A stretch of 63,359 bases of DNA, counting the filler, from Cercozoa sp. M6MM (lineage: Eukaryota > Protista > Endomyxa: Ascetosporea), in the NCBI GenBank assembly GCA_040357565.1. It is 12 parts of 12 records of this genome, joined end to end, with 100 filler letters (N's around TTAATTAATTAA, not from the genome) between each part and the next. Parts side by side here need not be neighbours in the genome. Positions count along the whole stretch, not along the records: positions 1 to 3,760 come from JBDODJ010001323.1; positions 3,861 to 7,012 come from JBDODJ010001585.1; positions 7,113 to 11,244 come from JBDODJ010001220.1; positions 11,345 to 14,033 come from JBDODJ010001720.1; positions 14,134 to 17,646 come from JBDODJ010001422.1; 7 more parts are not named here. One strand, written 5' to 3'. A program made the position numbers and the translations under genes. Each line of letters opens with the position of its first letter. Positions within the stretch are counted from its first letter, which is position 1. The notes beneath the pieces were generated by a model. It did not search any database. It had not been told where the DNA came from and saw nothing but the letters and a program-made list of their open reading frames with translations. Shown here one piece after another: positions 1 to 17,100 of this stretch.

Positions 1-49
<49 letters not shown>

Positions 50-84
50 CAGGTGTGCACAGGACGGTCGCAGGGAAGACTACC

Positions 85-599
85 AGAAGTGGAACGGCGC
101 GCGGAAGTTGCTCAGCGTGGCCGCCTCAACGACCTCGGCGGCGGCCTTTTTTAGTTCCGTGTGCTGCGGGTCCTGCCACACAGGCGTGCCCAGCGAGACC
201 TCTCTGCCGGAGAAAGGAAGGGCTAGAGTGGTAGGGGTACACGGGCACACGTAAAATGTACAGTTTCGACTGCGACACGAACGGTCGCACATCGTCGGCG
301 TAGGGCAGCACCACCTGTGCGATGTGCCACAGCAAGGGTAAGGGTAAGGAAAAGTGGTGTCGGAGTATGTGCGGGTAGATAGTGAGGGTGCCATGTGGAA
401 GCCATGCGGCCGACATTCTTCCATTTCAGCGTGCGCCTTCTTGCTACACACAACAGCAACATGTACAGCCAGTTGTACTCCACGTCCATTGTGTACATAC
501 ACATGGAGACACAAGGCACTCGGTACAGACTGGACGGTTCCGGAATAAGCGCAGCGATGCGCACGGCCGTGCCCGGACGGAACAAGAAACGCACCTTAG

Positions 600-639
<40 letters not shown>

Positions 640-1360
640 TGGCCCATCAAAACACACAGTGTACAGGTACGATACCACCGGGACCTTGCGTTTCTTAACG
701 CACGCTTGCAGCAGCGCCGAGTAGGCCGCCTGTGCAGAGGGGAGTAAGGGTGGGGGGGGGGGCAACAGTGGCAGTACAGTCGAGCCCTCGATACGCGACT
801 CGTCCGGCATCAAAAAGTACGACGCACGCATCTGGTAGTACCTACCCAGGGTGTGGGAAAGATAAGATATATATGTATATATAGAGTGTCTGTGTGTACG
901 ATTTGATCTGATCACGCGGACGGAAGCCGAGCAGTTGCAGACCAAAGCTGTGTCATTTCATTCAAGATATCATCAACTGGGGCCGGGGGCGGGGGCCGGT
1001 AAAGGTAAGAGAGGTACCGGTCGGAGTAGTTGAGCTCCTTGCGTTCTTCCTGAGTGAACGGGACCTTCTGCTCGCCGAATCTGCTCCAGACACCGGTGTC
1101 CAAGGAAGGAAGGAGAACGGGAGGACGGGAGGGAAGGAAGGGAGAGTCCTACTGAATGCTGTAGCGCTGCGGCGGTTTCTCGCTCTCCTGTCCCGTGGCA
1201 GCGTTCAGGTAGCTGCATACAAGTCGTCAAGTGTGACACATGTCAAGTGTGACAGGCAGAGAGACGGTACCGAGTCGACAGTCGCAGCTGACGGTTGTCC
1301 GTGTTGACGCGTACACTGTGTGTGCACGCGAGTACTCTCTCTCTCTCTCTCGGACAACAC

Positions 1361-1421
<61 letters not shown>

Positions 1422-1804
1422 TGTGTGTGTGTGTGTAGTCTACGTTTTGATCGTGCGTTCTCGTGACAGCGGGTACAAACGGACGGCCAGCGCTGTCCAG
1501 TAGATCGTTCAGATGGATGGTTCAGATGGATGGTTCAGATGGATGGTCTCCATGTGGACGGTGCACATGGTCCAGACCCTATGCGGACAAACAGAGCAGG
1601 CAGTGTACCGGTTTTGCGGCCGAGGTGCAGGGCGCACGAGATCGACGCGCGCGCTCCGGCAGCGGCGCTCTTGAGGTGCTTCACGAGGCCGCGCAGTGAG
1701 TCGCTGCACATACACACATGTCACAAATGGACAGGGTTGTTGGGCGGACACTGACGCAAAGACACTGTGATACGGTCCGCCGAGGTCTTGCGCTCTACGG
1801 CAGT

Positions 1805-1836
<32 letters not shown>

Positions 1837-2751
1837 TACACATGTGTGTGAACATATATGCATCCGTGCGGACACACAGAGGAGGAAGGAGGCGACTCTA
1901 CCGTGCCGACACGGAGATCACGTGATCCCACAGTGTGCCCTTCTGTACGTGTGTCTGCACAACACACACACTCACCCACAGTCAGAGACGGTTGTTGCCT
2001 CGTGTCACTCACTCGACTAGAACCAAAAAGGTACATCCACACGGCCGCCTTCCTCGTTGGAGTCGACCTCTGCAGAAATAGGAGGGTATATATAGATATT
2101 ATACATATGGGTATGCATGTGATAAAGGTGGAGAGAAGAAGAGTCACCCTCCTCGGACACGAGGACAGGCAACTGGTCGCGCACCAAGCGAACCTCGTCG
2201 TCGTCGTCATCGTCGACCTGCATGCGCTGCTTGCTCTGCTTTCTGTCCTCCTCGGCCTCCTTGTCGTTGTTGCTCTCTTCCTCGTTCTCGTCCTTGACAG
2301 GTGCGTCCAGTTGGCGCAGCTGGCGTTCCTCCTGGTCGTACTGCACACACCCTCGGAGGGTGGGTAAATGGGTGGGTGGGGTAGAGGGAGTAGATGACTT
2401 GCCCTACCTCATACATCATGTGACTGGGCGACACGACGCCAATGGCGATGCGGTGGGTCAGGCCTTTACATTAAAATTAAAGGTGGCTACGGCACAGCAC
2501 AGGACAGCACGGGACAGGACAAGACAGGACAGGACAGAACAGGACAATGTACACAGGAACTTGGCCTGCTGAATGGCATTAAGGCGTTCCGGGTCGTCCT
2601 TCTGCGCAGGGACCGTAAATGCAGTATATAGCAGGCAGGGGAAGGGGGGTTAAAGGAGGGGTCGGAGTACCGACTCGTACAGGTCGGGCACGTCGGTGAC
2701 AATGTAGACCTGTGTTGGCACATGCTCTCAATAGACAGTGCTAACATACAC

Positions 2752-2832
<81 letters not shown>

Positions 2833-3635
2833 AGGGGGGGCGGGAGGCAGAGAAGGGACCTGCTTTGACCCGATGCGTGTGGCCGAGGGACACGCGTTCT
2901 GCAGCGCCTGCTGCGCACAGCCCAGCACCTTGGCCAGGTCGCACTCTGCGCGAGGAGGAAGGTGGCAGTAAGAAGTGCGGAGTAAGGGACAGAGGCAGGA
3001 GTCAAGAGGGACAGGGGTCGTGGGGTAAAGAGGAGCAGGTAGTGAGGGGGGGTGTAAAAGCTGACATTGAGACCGGAGCGACGGCCGAGTCGTTTCAGCA
3101 GCGCGTCGTTTTTGGCGGCGTCGTCGACAGTGAGAATGAGATCCTTGGACGCCGACTGGAAGGGCGCCAGTTCGTACACCTGTACCGTCCGTTTGCACAT
3201 AGAAGGGACAGTAGGTATATGTATGTATAGTATATGTATACAGGCAGGAGATGTAGACATATAAACGCACCGTCTTGCTGTGCTGCATGCCGACGTCGGT
3301 CGTCTCGCGCGTGCGGAAGAACATGACGGCGTACTTCTTGAGCGCGGCCGAGTCGAACACCTTTGTTCACACACACAGACAGACAGTACAGAGAGTGTCT
3401 GACATGACATCCTCAGTACCTCATGCCGCAGCATGTCGCTGAGTCGCTCAAAGAAGAAGCGAAGCTTGCCTTCCTCGACACCGGCCGCGTCCACTGTGCA
3501 CATGCCTCATGAGCACTACCTGAACATCGGCGCACCTGAGCAGGACACCTGGGCCGAGACCGTACCGAGGTAGATCTGCAGGTCGAGTTGACGCCGGTCG
3601 GGCGCATTGAACAGGTTGTCATCACCGTCCTCAGT
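85..3635 (-). CDS. XRCC6: Ku70 (NHEJ DNA end-binding subunit), multi-exon, partial at both ends
   Basis: Spliced exons give vWA-like IYLVDAA, YAVMFFRTRET..VYEL and CDLAKVLGCA. They also give Ku core motifs RFGEQKVPFTQEERKEL, FGLQLLGFRP, SYFLMPDESRIEGSTAAYSALLQAC, VRIAALIP and HGFHMVVLPYADDVR. Confidence 0.9.
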
Positions 3636-3706
3636 CCTGCCGACACAAGACAAGTTGTATGGCACAGGTGCATCTGTGTAGATGAGGGTAGTGTGTGTTT
3701 ATGTGT

Positions 3707-3760
<54 letters not shown>

Positions 3761-3860
3761 NNNNNNNNNNNNNNNNNNNNNNNNNNNNNNNNNNNNNNNN
3801 NNNNTTAATTAATTAANNNNNNNNNNNNNNNNNNNNNNNNNNNNNNNNNNNNNNNNNNNN
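3761..3860. other. Artificial contig-joining spacer (N-run/TTAATTAATTAA/N-run). It recurs at about 7013, 11245, 14034, 17647, 22837, 26022, 34299, 38291, 48749 and 62091.
   Basis: The same ~100-nt N block with a six-frame stop linker appears 11 times, and genes are truncated at these points. Confidence 0.97.
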
Positions 3861-3878
3861 CCCCCCCCCCCCCCGTAG

Positions 3879-4704
3879 AGAACGACGATACCGTGCGAAG
3901 CGAGTACTTAAAGGGTTTTCGCAAGAAGGTGTGTGTGTGTCAAAATGCCGAGTACTATTAATGTATGTACCTGTTAGTGTAGCCTTTGAAACCGGGTCAT
4001 TCGGCACTCGCTTGGGCACGCGTCCTGCAGACTTCCAGACGCAGTACTGCACCCTTGGGGTGAGGGGGTAAAGGGGGTAAGAGAAGTAAGAGGGGGGGGG
4101 GGTAAGAGGAGAATAAATACAGAAACCAGACGACGCATGGTTTCGCTTGAAGAACTTCAGCAACACGCCGACCCTGAGGTTATAAAGATATGTTTGGGGG
4201 TATGGGGGGTAAAACTGACCTTGCTTTTTATAATGTACAGTCGCCCGACGGTTGCTGGACAGCAATTCACGGCCGTGTTTATGACATCTCACGCTACCTT
4301 GACTTCCACCCGGGCGGTACGTTTCTCAGCGTTTCTTGAGATGGCTTGATTGGTCCATTTGTACCTACTGTGTGTGTGTGTCTGTATGAACAGGTGTCAA
4401 CGAAATCCTTCTGGCGGCCGGTCGTGATGCCACGCAGATGTTCCTGCGCATTCATTCCTGGGTCGCCGTCGAGACCACGTTGGCGCCCTTTCTGTAACCC
4501 TTCTACTTTCTTTCCATTCTACTTTCTTTCTGTTCTACTTCCTTTCATTCTACTTCCTTTCCTCTGCGTGCCTTCTCTCTTTTCCTCTTTGCCTTACTTT
4601 CTTTTACTTGCGATTGCTTTTGCACCGACAGCATCGGCGATCTTGAACTTCGCAACACTGGACCGAAACTGCGTCCGCCCGTGCCAAAGTTCTCTCGCGA
4701 CTGA
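3879..4704 (+). CDS. Cytochrome b5-like heme-binding domain protein (CYB5R4 N-terminal/Irc21 type), 5' partial
   Basis: The spliced reading is LKPGHSALAW..SLEELQQHADPESPDGCWTAIHGRVYDISRYLDFHPGGVNEILLAAGRDATQMFLRIHSWV, with stop TGA at 4702-4704. Confidence 0.88.
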
Positions 4705-5023
4705 AACCGAAGCGAATTCAAACCGGCGGGGGGGGTACCGTACGTCCCGTCCGTACGGTACATTTACAGCGCGGTCGAGTAGAAGTGTGCAGGGAAACTA
4801 CATAGTTGCAATTGGCTTCTTACGTTAGTAGACTGAAATATGTACAGTAATAAAAGTAAAGTCAGTGAGTTCGGTTACGATACTCGGCTGAGCCTGCTCT
4901 ATTCAAGTGATCTCACGCGTTAACCAATGTTACTGTGCTGTCTATGATACCCGAGTTCGGACTTGGTTAATCGGGAGGGTAGTGGCCGGCAGTCGCTCGG
5001 ACACACGGCACACCGCTAGTGAC

Positions 5024-5564
5024 ATGGCACTCGGACACATCGGCATGTGGTCTCGCGGCAGTCTCCTCACAGCTCTGCAAAAACAACCCTCTCCAGTCGT
5101 CCAACTCGCTTGTGAACTCCATAAAACCCTCACGACCTTGGTTTGGTATTCTGCATTAGCAAAAAAGTCAAGACTGTGAATCCTACTTTTTTACTGTAAG
5201 TTTCTCGTAGATAAAATTCCTGTTTGTCGCTTTCGTGACTCTCGCTGCCGCCGTTCACGCCGCGCAGAACGTTAGCGGTGGCACTCAGTTCGGTCCTACG
5301 CGTGCAGAACCAGCGAACTACGACGCACAGGCCAAGGCAAGTGCGAAGCGGCTGGCTGAACTCCGCGAGAAGGCACGTCTGGCGTACTTCGAGTTGTTCA
5401 AGGCCCAGCAGGCCTACACTCGCAGCAAGCACACACCCGAGGCGGTGCGGTACGCATGGCAGCAGAAGAAGGCACCGCACTCTCACCGTCCCATGCCGAG
5501 CGCTCGCAACACTCACCCGAAAAAACACATGCGTCAGCCGAAACAACACTCGCGTTTCAACTGA
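5024..5564 (+). CDS. Hypothetical small basic protein with a hydrophobic signal/anchor segment (2 exons)
   Basis: A phase-0 GT-AG intron at 5141-5210 joins the upstream ORF in frame to IKFLFVAFVTLAAAVHA..., which ends in a His/Lys/Arg-rich tail. Confidence 0.45.
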
Positions 5565-5761
5565 TTGTGCGACAGATCTAGATGCGCTGTACGACTAAAA
5601 CTATTAGTATCTACTTCAGTTCCAAAATCATGTGAACTTGGGGAAATCTTGGACACGTGTCTGCCACGGGTGCGCATGCGCAGCAAAAACCTCAGATTCT
5701 AGACACTTTCGACTGCCTGTTTACGATCTCCGATCATTCTATATAGTTGTCGGTGGGAATC

Positions 5762-6603
5762 ATGGGTACGACTGCCAGTTTGGAATTGTATTGTTACTTT
5801 CAGTTGCGCCTCGAGCTCCTTACGTCAATTGCGCAGCAAAATGCTCGGCGTCGACGACGTGTTCCTCGTGCACGTCCAAGTCCAAGTGCAAATGGTGTGA
5901 CTTATCTGTCGGAAGTGGTTTCTGTCAGAGCATCGGAACTGGGTCGTGCTCGGGCTCGTGGGTATTCGTACCGAGCTCGTGCAAAGCGAAAGCGAAACCG
6001 AAAGCAAAGCCAAAACCCGCCCCAGTGCTGCCGCCACCAGCTCCCGCGCCTTCACACGGATTTCCTTTGTGGGGTACTGTACCGAATGCATGTATCCATT
6101 ATACTCCAGTGTCTGCTTTAGTCGGTTGTTGTTGTTTTAACAGCCATTATCGCGGTGGTGGCGGCTGTCGTCGCTTTAATCGTAGGCACAGTTGTTGTGT
6201 GTCTGTTACTGCGTCGACGTCGTGCGCGTCGCAAAGCGCGTCTCGCGGCGCAAGTGCTCGACGCCAATCAGGCGGCACAACACCCTTCCCTCGACATATA
6301 CAGTGACGCTGAGGAGGTGGGTGTGCCTGTAGCTACAATATTCATTCTATTGTATGTACAACTTACTGTACTCAGGCGGGTGCCGCAGGCGCGTACGGGC
6401 ATGTCATACCAGTTGCCCCGCAACTAGCACCTCATGCACCTCAACAACCAAGCTACACAGTGTCCCAGCTCATCGAGTTGAAGAAACCGTTTAGAGCCTC
6501 GCTTTTGGTACATACCCAGTCAGCATGCGATATAGAGATATTTCTACAACATAGGACAATAACCACAACTACGTCGGTGTGGAAATACATACTGACAAAC
6601 TAA
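5762..6603 (+). CDS. PSI-domain single-pass membrane protein
   Basis: It contains CSASTTCSSCTSKSKCKWC..C..C..C (PSI pattern), a Pro/Lys stalk, the TM segment AIIAVVAAVVALIVGTVVVCLLL and then RRRRARRK. Both ends are uncertain. Confidence 0.7.
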
Positions 6604-6962
6604 TCTCCACTTCGCCTCACCCAAATTCGGCGACGACACTCACATTTACGCAAGTGCCCTCCACGGTGGCAGAGTACCAATGCACCTTGCGTACCGACGG
6701 CGGACCGTACGTTTGCTGCTTTACATCGATATGATGAGAGTAATTGAATCGAGCCATTATATTAGGGTGTCGTTCGATTCGACGGGCCAACTGACGGTGG
6801 CACCTCCAGACAGCACGGTGTACGTTGTTTTGAGCGGGATCTGACTGATTTGTGCTTGACTTGAATTGTGTCTGACTTGCCTCATGCAGTCCTCTACCGG
6901 TCTTTGATCTGATGAGAGCAAATGATGGCAGTGACCGTACATCATTGTTCTTCAACTTTCTT

Positions 6963-7012
<50 letters not shown>

Positions 7013-7187
7013 NNNNNNNNNNNNNNNNNNNNNNNNNNNNNNNNNNNNNNNNNNNNTTAATTAATTAANNNNNNNNNNNNNNNNNNNNNNNNNNNNNNNN
7101 NNNNNNNNNNNNATATATATATATATATATATGTATCCATAATTGCTATATTATATATCGTATATTGTTATATCTATGCCATACGTA

Positions 7188-10227
<3,040 letters not shown>

Positions 10228-10398
10228 GCAGCCAACCGTCGTTTCTGGCAATTATGTCACTACATGCGCCGGCAGTTTCCCGTTTTACTAGCCAAACCTT
10301 AACCCCGGTGTCTCTGCTGTCAGTTGAGTTCTTGGTGGACGTGAACATAATAAAAACAAAAAACCCGCGCGCTTGGGATTGCACTGACAAGTGCAACG

Positions 10399-11244
10399 AT
10401 GTCAGCTGAGACACGCGAACGGAATCAATTTGACAAGGACGTGAAATTGCTGAGGAAATGGCTTCAATCGCCTGATACGCAGCGCGACTTAATTTCGCGC
10501 GGATGGAACTTTTCGGTATTTTTCGATTCTGTTTTGTGCTTTATTTGTTCGATCAGGCAATCTTCCTGGCAGTGTAAACAAGATCCTGATGTGCTCGACG
10601 AGGACGAAACCTGGCGCCGACAGTTCCATGAACATGCCGTCCTGTTGCCCGACAGGTAGGGGTGGACATTAGTTTCTGATTGTGTGTTTGTATTTAGCTG
10701 TGTCCCCAGCGGAATGGTGATGGACGCGGTGCACGTTTTCGAGCGTATTTTACTGGGCGAAAGTGAGACACTGGAGGCTTTGCTGGAGATTCTGTATGCA
10801 CCAGATGGTAGCTTGTGAGTTTTGAGCCGGAGTGCAGATGAGCGATTTTGCTTTTTGGTGAGTCGAGTTCTGTGTGTGTTTGTGTTCAGCCAAGCAGCAC
10901 TACGGACTGGAGGTGCCGATGGAGACGCTGGCACTGCGGTGTCCGGGTCTGTGTCGTCTGCTGCTGCACCATCCGACCGAGTTGCTGCCGTCGCTGGACG
11001 AGGCCGTGGTGCAGGCGCAGATGACACTGATCGATCGCGGTGTCAGTGGCTACACTGAGCGAGCGACCGATCGAAATCACGAAGCTGCACACACGGGTGC
11101 TGAGGTAGTTTTACCCCTGATACCCACCTTTTACTTTGCGCATGTTACCCCCCCCCCCCAGGCATCGAAAGCAGCAGCACCAACAGAGGATGATTACGGC
11201 AGTTTCTGGCTGGAGGGCGTGACACTGTCGGGTGACGGTGCGAT
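10399..11244 (+). CDS. MCM9: MCM9-like helicase, N-terminal exons (3' truncated)
   Basis: HYGLEVPMETLALRCPGLCRLLLHHPTELLPSLDEAVVQAQ resembles the MCM9 N-terminal HYP..L..P.E.L..FDEA pattern. The ATPase domain is not in this contig. Confidence 0.65.
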
Positions 11245-11344
11245 NNNNNNNNNNNNNNNNNNNNNNNNNNNNNNNNNNNNNNNNNNNNTTAATTAATTAA
11301 NNNNNNNNNNNNNNNNNNNNNNNNNNNNNNNNNNNNNNNNNNNN

Positions 11345-11432
<88 letters not shown>

Positions 11433-11441
11433 TCACGACAG

Positions 11442-11625
11442 GGTCCGCGCCGAGACACTGCGCCACCTGTGCCAATCGCAGTGTCTGCGCGAGTTGCTGG
11501 ACACGCTACGCATGCGTGACGCGTCATGGCTGGCCTGCATCAACGCCACCAATATGTACGTTGCTTGGCTGTTTCAACTGGGTGCGATGTCCTCTTGTGT
11601 GTGTTGTGTGTGTGTTGTGTGTGTG

Positions 11626-11667
<42 letters not shown>

Positions 11668-12662
11668 CATAGTGAGCGCAGCAACGGCGACCTGTACCAC
11701 GGTGAGGCCGTGCTGCACCTGCTGCTGGCACTGGCGCAGTCCGAGGACGGCGCGCGCGCGCTGGCGCAACACGAAGTGCCGCGCGTCTTGGCCGACATGC
11801 AGTGCCTTGCCTCGCCTAGTACTGTCCTTGTGTTTGTCTGTCTGTCTGTCTGTCTGTTATCAACAAGCACGTGCAGGTATCGTGGCGCACTCTGCACGTG
11901 CTCGTTCCCTGGTGCTGCTGCTGCCGGCGGTGCGACTGGTCACGGCGCTGGCACGACAGCTGCCGGCGCACCATGCCCTGCAACGCCAGGCCGCGTAACT
12001 TTCTCCCTCTTGTCCTGACCTGTAGTCCCCATCTGCACGTGTGTGTGTGCGTATGTATGTATGCGTATGTGACAGCACTTTCTTGGCGAGCAAGGCGTCG
12101 TCGCTGCAGCGCCTGGCTGGTGAGAGTGCCGAAGTGGCTGCCGTCGTCATTGGCATGCTGGGCGCGCTGGCGCAATCGCCGTGCTGCCGCCTAGACACGC
12201 AGAGCGACGCGCTGTGGGACATGCTGCGACAGCTGTGGAGCGCCGTGTGCATGCAGATGAAACGCATTAGCAGTGCGCCCGCCGATGCCGACAAGACCAC
12301 CGCTGGCAGTTTCCCCGACAGCATGAGTGACGATGCCGGTATGCTGCGCTTTTGTGTTCCCTGTGTCTACACGAGTGTTAGTGCTTGTGTGTACAGAGAA
12401 CACGCGCAGTGCGTTGCGTCACATGCTGGTGACGCTGCGAGTGCTACTGCTGCGTCAGCTGCCGGGTCACTCCACAGAGGTAGCCGCGGACTCTCTCTTG
12501 TGTTCTCGCATTGCTTGGCATCTCAGCCCTCTCTTGTGTCGGCACAGGCGCACGTGAGTGCAGACGTTCATATGCACCAGAACGGCAGCGTGCTCGGCGG
12601 CGGTCGAGGTGAGTTATTGCCGCTGCCTGACTTGCTGATGCCTGTTTTATTGAGGGAGACGG

Positions 12663-12714
<52 letters not shown>

Positions 12715-13722
12715 GAGCACTGTTGACGAGGCCATTCTTTGAGCCGACGCTGCGCGGTGGCACTTGGGACCTAGACACGACGACCTCGCTGGACGCGGTC
12801 GTGCAGCTCACGCGCGCTTGTCTCAACGACTGCTCGGCCGCGCTGCGCGAGTACACCCGCCTGCTGCGCGAGCCGGTGCGCGCATTGCCCGAACCGACGG
12901 CCGCGTCGAGGCAAGACACGTCGCGTGGTGTCCTGCAGCTGCTGCACACGCGTGCTCAGCAGGTACCTGTCATCTCTACACTCCATGTAACCCCATCAAG
13001 CCCTTGCACTAAGTGCGCGTGTCTTGGTGCAGGAGCATCAAGCTGCGACTCGACTTGCCGAGCAGCGCAGTCTGCGTGTCAGACAGTACGCTTCCCTGAT
13101 GACGACTCTGAGTATGTATGTGAATGTCTATGCACATCTATGTTTGTGTTTTTTGTGTAATACAGAATCGCGGCCAACTTGCGCAAGATGTCGTGCGCAT
13201 GGTTTGCCGTGGAGCACCTGCTGCTGCTGCTGCTGGTGCACCTGCGACTTTACTTGGACGACTCGGCCGCTGCGCTGCGTCTGGGCGTTGCCGCCGACGA
13301 TCAGGCTCGGGTACGGTCACTGCTTGACTGTGCTGTCTGTGGTGTGTGTTGTCTGTGGTCCTTGTAATGCTCGGCATATCCTGTGCTTGCTGCAGGAAGC
13401 GCTGCGAACCAAGGCGGCCTCGCAGCTGGCGCCGCTATTCGCGTCGGCCACGTCGCTTGGCTCGGAGCTGAACGCCGCTGTTGCCGGCGCCGGCGGTGCA
13501 GGTGCCCCGGCGGAGTTCGACAGTGTGCTCGAGAGCTCCCTGCAGCAGCAGCACCTCGACGAGCAACGCGAACACTTCGATCGAGACCTCGTGCGCCGCA
13601 TGAGCGAGTCCGTGCAGCAGCTGCTGCGCGCGCAGGTGCCGAACACGAGCTCCACCGCCGCTGCCGGTGAGGCCTCGGCTGAGTTACTACCCGCTGCGCT
13701 CGGTGTTCCTTTGCTCGCTTAA
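11442..13722 (+). CDS. NUP205: Nucleoporin Nup205/Nup192, C-terminal portion
   Basis: It is a helical solenoid with LYHGEAVLHLLLALAQSEDGARALAQHEVPRVLA, LLLPAVRLVTAL..FL and the terminal FAVEHLLLLLLVHLRLYL, all resembling Nup205 C-terminal motifs. Confidence 0.7.
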
Positions 13723-13961
13723 TTTTGCTGCGCTACGAGTCGCGTGAACTACCACACGTCGATTTAAACTACAGTATTATCCTTTGATGCAGGCGACCAG
13801 CTAGTTCGAGTTACCACGCTAGTTAGGGGTTTTCTTTTGTATTAGCTGCTCTAAGTGTATTCCAGTATGTGCTTATACGATAGTACATCGGTGCACTAAG
13901 GGTGGCTTGGAAGCCCCACACTTTTTGCGCGGGCCCACACTTGGCTGAGATCCAGTGTCAC

Positions 13962-14033
<72 letters not shown>

Positions 14034-14133
14034 NNNNNNNNNNNNNNNNNNNNNNNNNNNNNNNNNNNNNNNNNNNNTTAATTAATTAANNNNNNNNNNN
14101 NNNNNNNNNNNNNNNNNNNNNNNNNNNNNNNNN

Positions 14134-17100
14134 CCCAGTCGAATTCGCAGGACTGACCGATGCGGTAGGCACCGCAGCCGAGCACCATGACACCGCCTAC
14201 AGGGGGTAGGGTTAAGATATGAGGGGGGGGGGGTAAAGCAGGGGGTACCCATGGAGGAGAAGTCGACGTCGTGCGCACAGCCGTGGTACGTCATGTACCT
14301 GCACAAGTTCATATGTACACATACATAGATACAGACAAGTCGATTCCCAAATGGACGGTACAGGTAGGCCGTCTCAGCCGGGAACTCGGCGGCCACCGTG
14401 TCGATTCTCTACTTGCCCGGGGGTAAGGGGCATAAGAGGAGGGTGGGGGGGGGGGGGGTGGGTAAACCTTGACGAACGGCCGCACGCCGAGCGACTGTCG
14501 CTTCTGTCGCACCTGCTCGGGCGTCACCTCTGCGCACGTGCCAAGTCAGACAGAGTGATTGATTGGACCAGACAGTCTAGTGGGTCAGTCCACTAGTGGG
14601 TCAGCAGAGTGGACACGTGCGAGGGTACCATTGTGACCGTAGTTGAGACAGCGCGCGATCTGCCGGTCCGACATGCCGGAGCGCTTGCAGCGCAGCATCA
14701 GTTCGCGCGACAGCTGCGACAGCTCGAGCGACTCCAGGTCCATCTCTGCGCCGGACACATGGCCATACGGACGGTCCATATGGACAGGTACTATGGATAA
14801 TATGGACACATGGGCACAGCAACGTACCACGCATCACGACGTTCTGCAGCTTGCGCAGGAACCAAAGGTCGATGCGAGACAACTCGTGCCTACAGGGGGT
14901 AAGGGGCAGGGTGCGGAGAGGAGGGGGTAAACAGAGAGAGCCCTACAGTCGCTCGACTGTCCAGCCACGTCGCAGCGCCACGCCGAGGTAGAAGACGCGC
15001 TTGTCGCCTGTCTCAGGGGGGGGGGGCCGCCCCAAAGACAGACTAGGAACACAGGCTGGGGGTAAAGCCTACACGGCTGCGCAATCAACGATTCGAGTTG
15101 CTCCTCGGGCAGACCTTCCTCCTTGCCTGCGGGGGGAGGGGTAAAGAGAGGGTGGGGTGCACGGGTAAAACAGTACCAAGAACGACTTCGCGCGACATGG
15201 CAAACTCGCTCGGAATATCCGTGCCTACACAAAGAGAGATGGAAAGTAGTCATACACAATGTGATTGATCGATCGATCACTGACTGCAAGTGATACCGAA
15301 ACCGTCGACACCGTCGGCAGTGACCATGCGAACAGCCTTGCCAAAAGCCTCCTCAAAGTTGCGACCGATCGCCATGACCTCGCCGACCGACCTGCGCACG
15401 TGCTCACTCAGTTATCGTCCCAGTGGTCGCACTGTCGTCACCCGTTCACTCACACACACACACACTCACACGTGTCCATACATCATGGCCGAGCCGATCT
15501 TGGTCGTGACGCCGCTGAACTTGCGCAGGTTCCACACCTGCCGGGGGGGGGGGGGGGGTAAAGGGGTAAAAGGGGCAAAGGGGTAAAGCATACCGGGAAT
15601 TTGACGACGCAGTAATCTAGCGCCGGTTCGAAGCAGGCCTAATCACCCCATTCATGACTGATCGGTGCACGTGCTCACTGACAGGTCACACACGTGCCCA
15701 CTGACTGACAGAGAAAGCTACCGTCGTTCGCTTCGTCACCGAATTCTCCAGGTCCGGCAGTTCGGCACCCAGCGCACTACACCCAGGGAAAAGGGGTAAG
15801 GGTATGAGGGGTGGAGGAGGGGGTAAATAGGTACAGTTGCGCCGCCACAAAGGCCAGCGGGTAGCCCTACAAACACCAGTCAGAATGGTCAGTCAGAATA
15901 GTTGGGGTCATAATGATCGGGTCAGCGTTTCCACTGAGTGAGCACGTGTCCCACTCGTTCACTGAGCGAGCACGTGGCAAGGCAGCGCTACCGTGGCCTT
16001 GGAAGCCAGTGCCGAGGAGCGCGACAGACGTGCGTTGACCTCGATGATGCAGTAGTCCTCCGAGTGCGGGTCCAGCGCGTACTGAATGTTGCACTCGCCC
16101 ACCACGCCGAGCGAGCGCACCACCTGTCCAACCACGCACCCTTAATTAAGGGTACATCCCCTCGACAAACACCCCGACACCCCCTTAATCTTTAATCACC
16201 TTAATGGCCGTGCGACGCAGACGGAAGTAGTCCGAGTTCTGTACACAGACACACGTGTCCAAACACGTGCCAACTGACAGAGTGAGAGAGACGGTGCTAC
16301 CGACAGAGTCTGCGACGGTGCCACCACGATACTGTCGCCGGTGTGGATGCCCAGCGGATCAAAGTTCTCCATGTTGCACACCTGCCCGAGGGGTGTGTAA
16401 AGGGTGTGTGCGTGTAAGTGTGTCGTGGGGGGGGGGGGAGGGGTAAAGTGTACAGTGATGCAGTTGTCGGCCTGATCGCGAACGACTTCGTACTCGACCT
16501 CCTTCCAGCTACATGGGGGGGGGGTAAAGGGGGTAGGGGGTAGGGCGAGGGGTAAGACTACCCACGCAGCGACTTGTCCAGAATGATCTGCGGCGCCACC
16601 ACCAGTGCCTGCACACACACCGTCACATGACACGTGTCCACTTGACACGTGTCTCCAGTGATCGCACCTTGGTCGCCAAGTCGATCAGTTCGGCCTCGTT
16701 GTTGGCAAAGCCGGAGCCAGCGCCGCCCTGTACCCAAGGGATAGTGGGGCAGGGAATAATGGGGGGGGGGGGGGTAAGAATCCTACCAGCGTAAAGGCCG
16801 AGCGCACTAGCACAGGATAGCCGAGCTCACTGGCCACCTTGACAGCCTGTTCGACACTGCGACACCCCTTAATAAAACACCGCTCCCTTAATGTATTAAT
16901 TAAGAAGGCGTACCTCTCGGCCACGTCGGACGGCGCCGTGCGCTCACCGATCGCTGCCAGGTGCTTGGCGAACAGGTCGCTGCGAGGGGGGTAAGGGGGT
17001 GCGGGAGGGAATAAGGGTAAGAACGCACCGGTCCTCCGTCATGCGGATGGTGTCGATAGGCGTGCCGAGCACGCGCACCTTGTACTTGGCCAGGATGCCC

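Noticed and set aside
3805-3816. Recurring TTAATTAATTAA as a biological motif
   Set aside because: It is always centred in 100-nt N blocks, so it is an artificial stop-codon linker.
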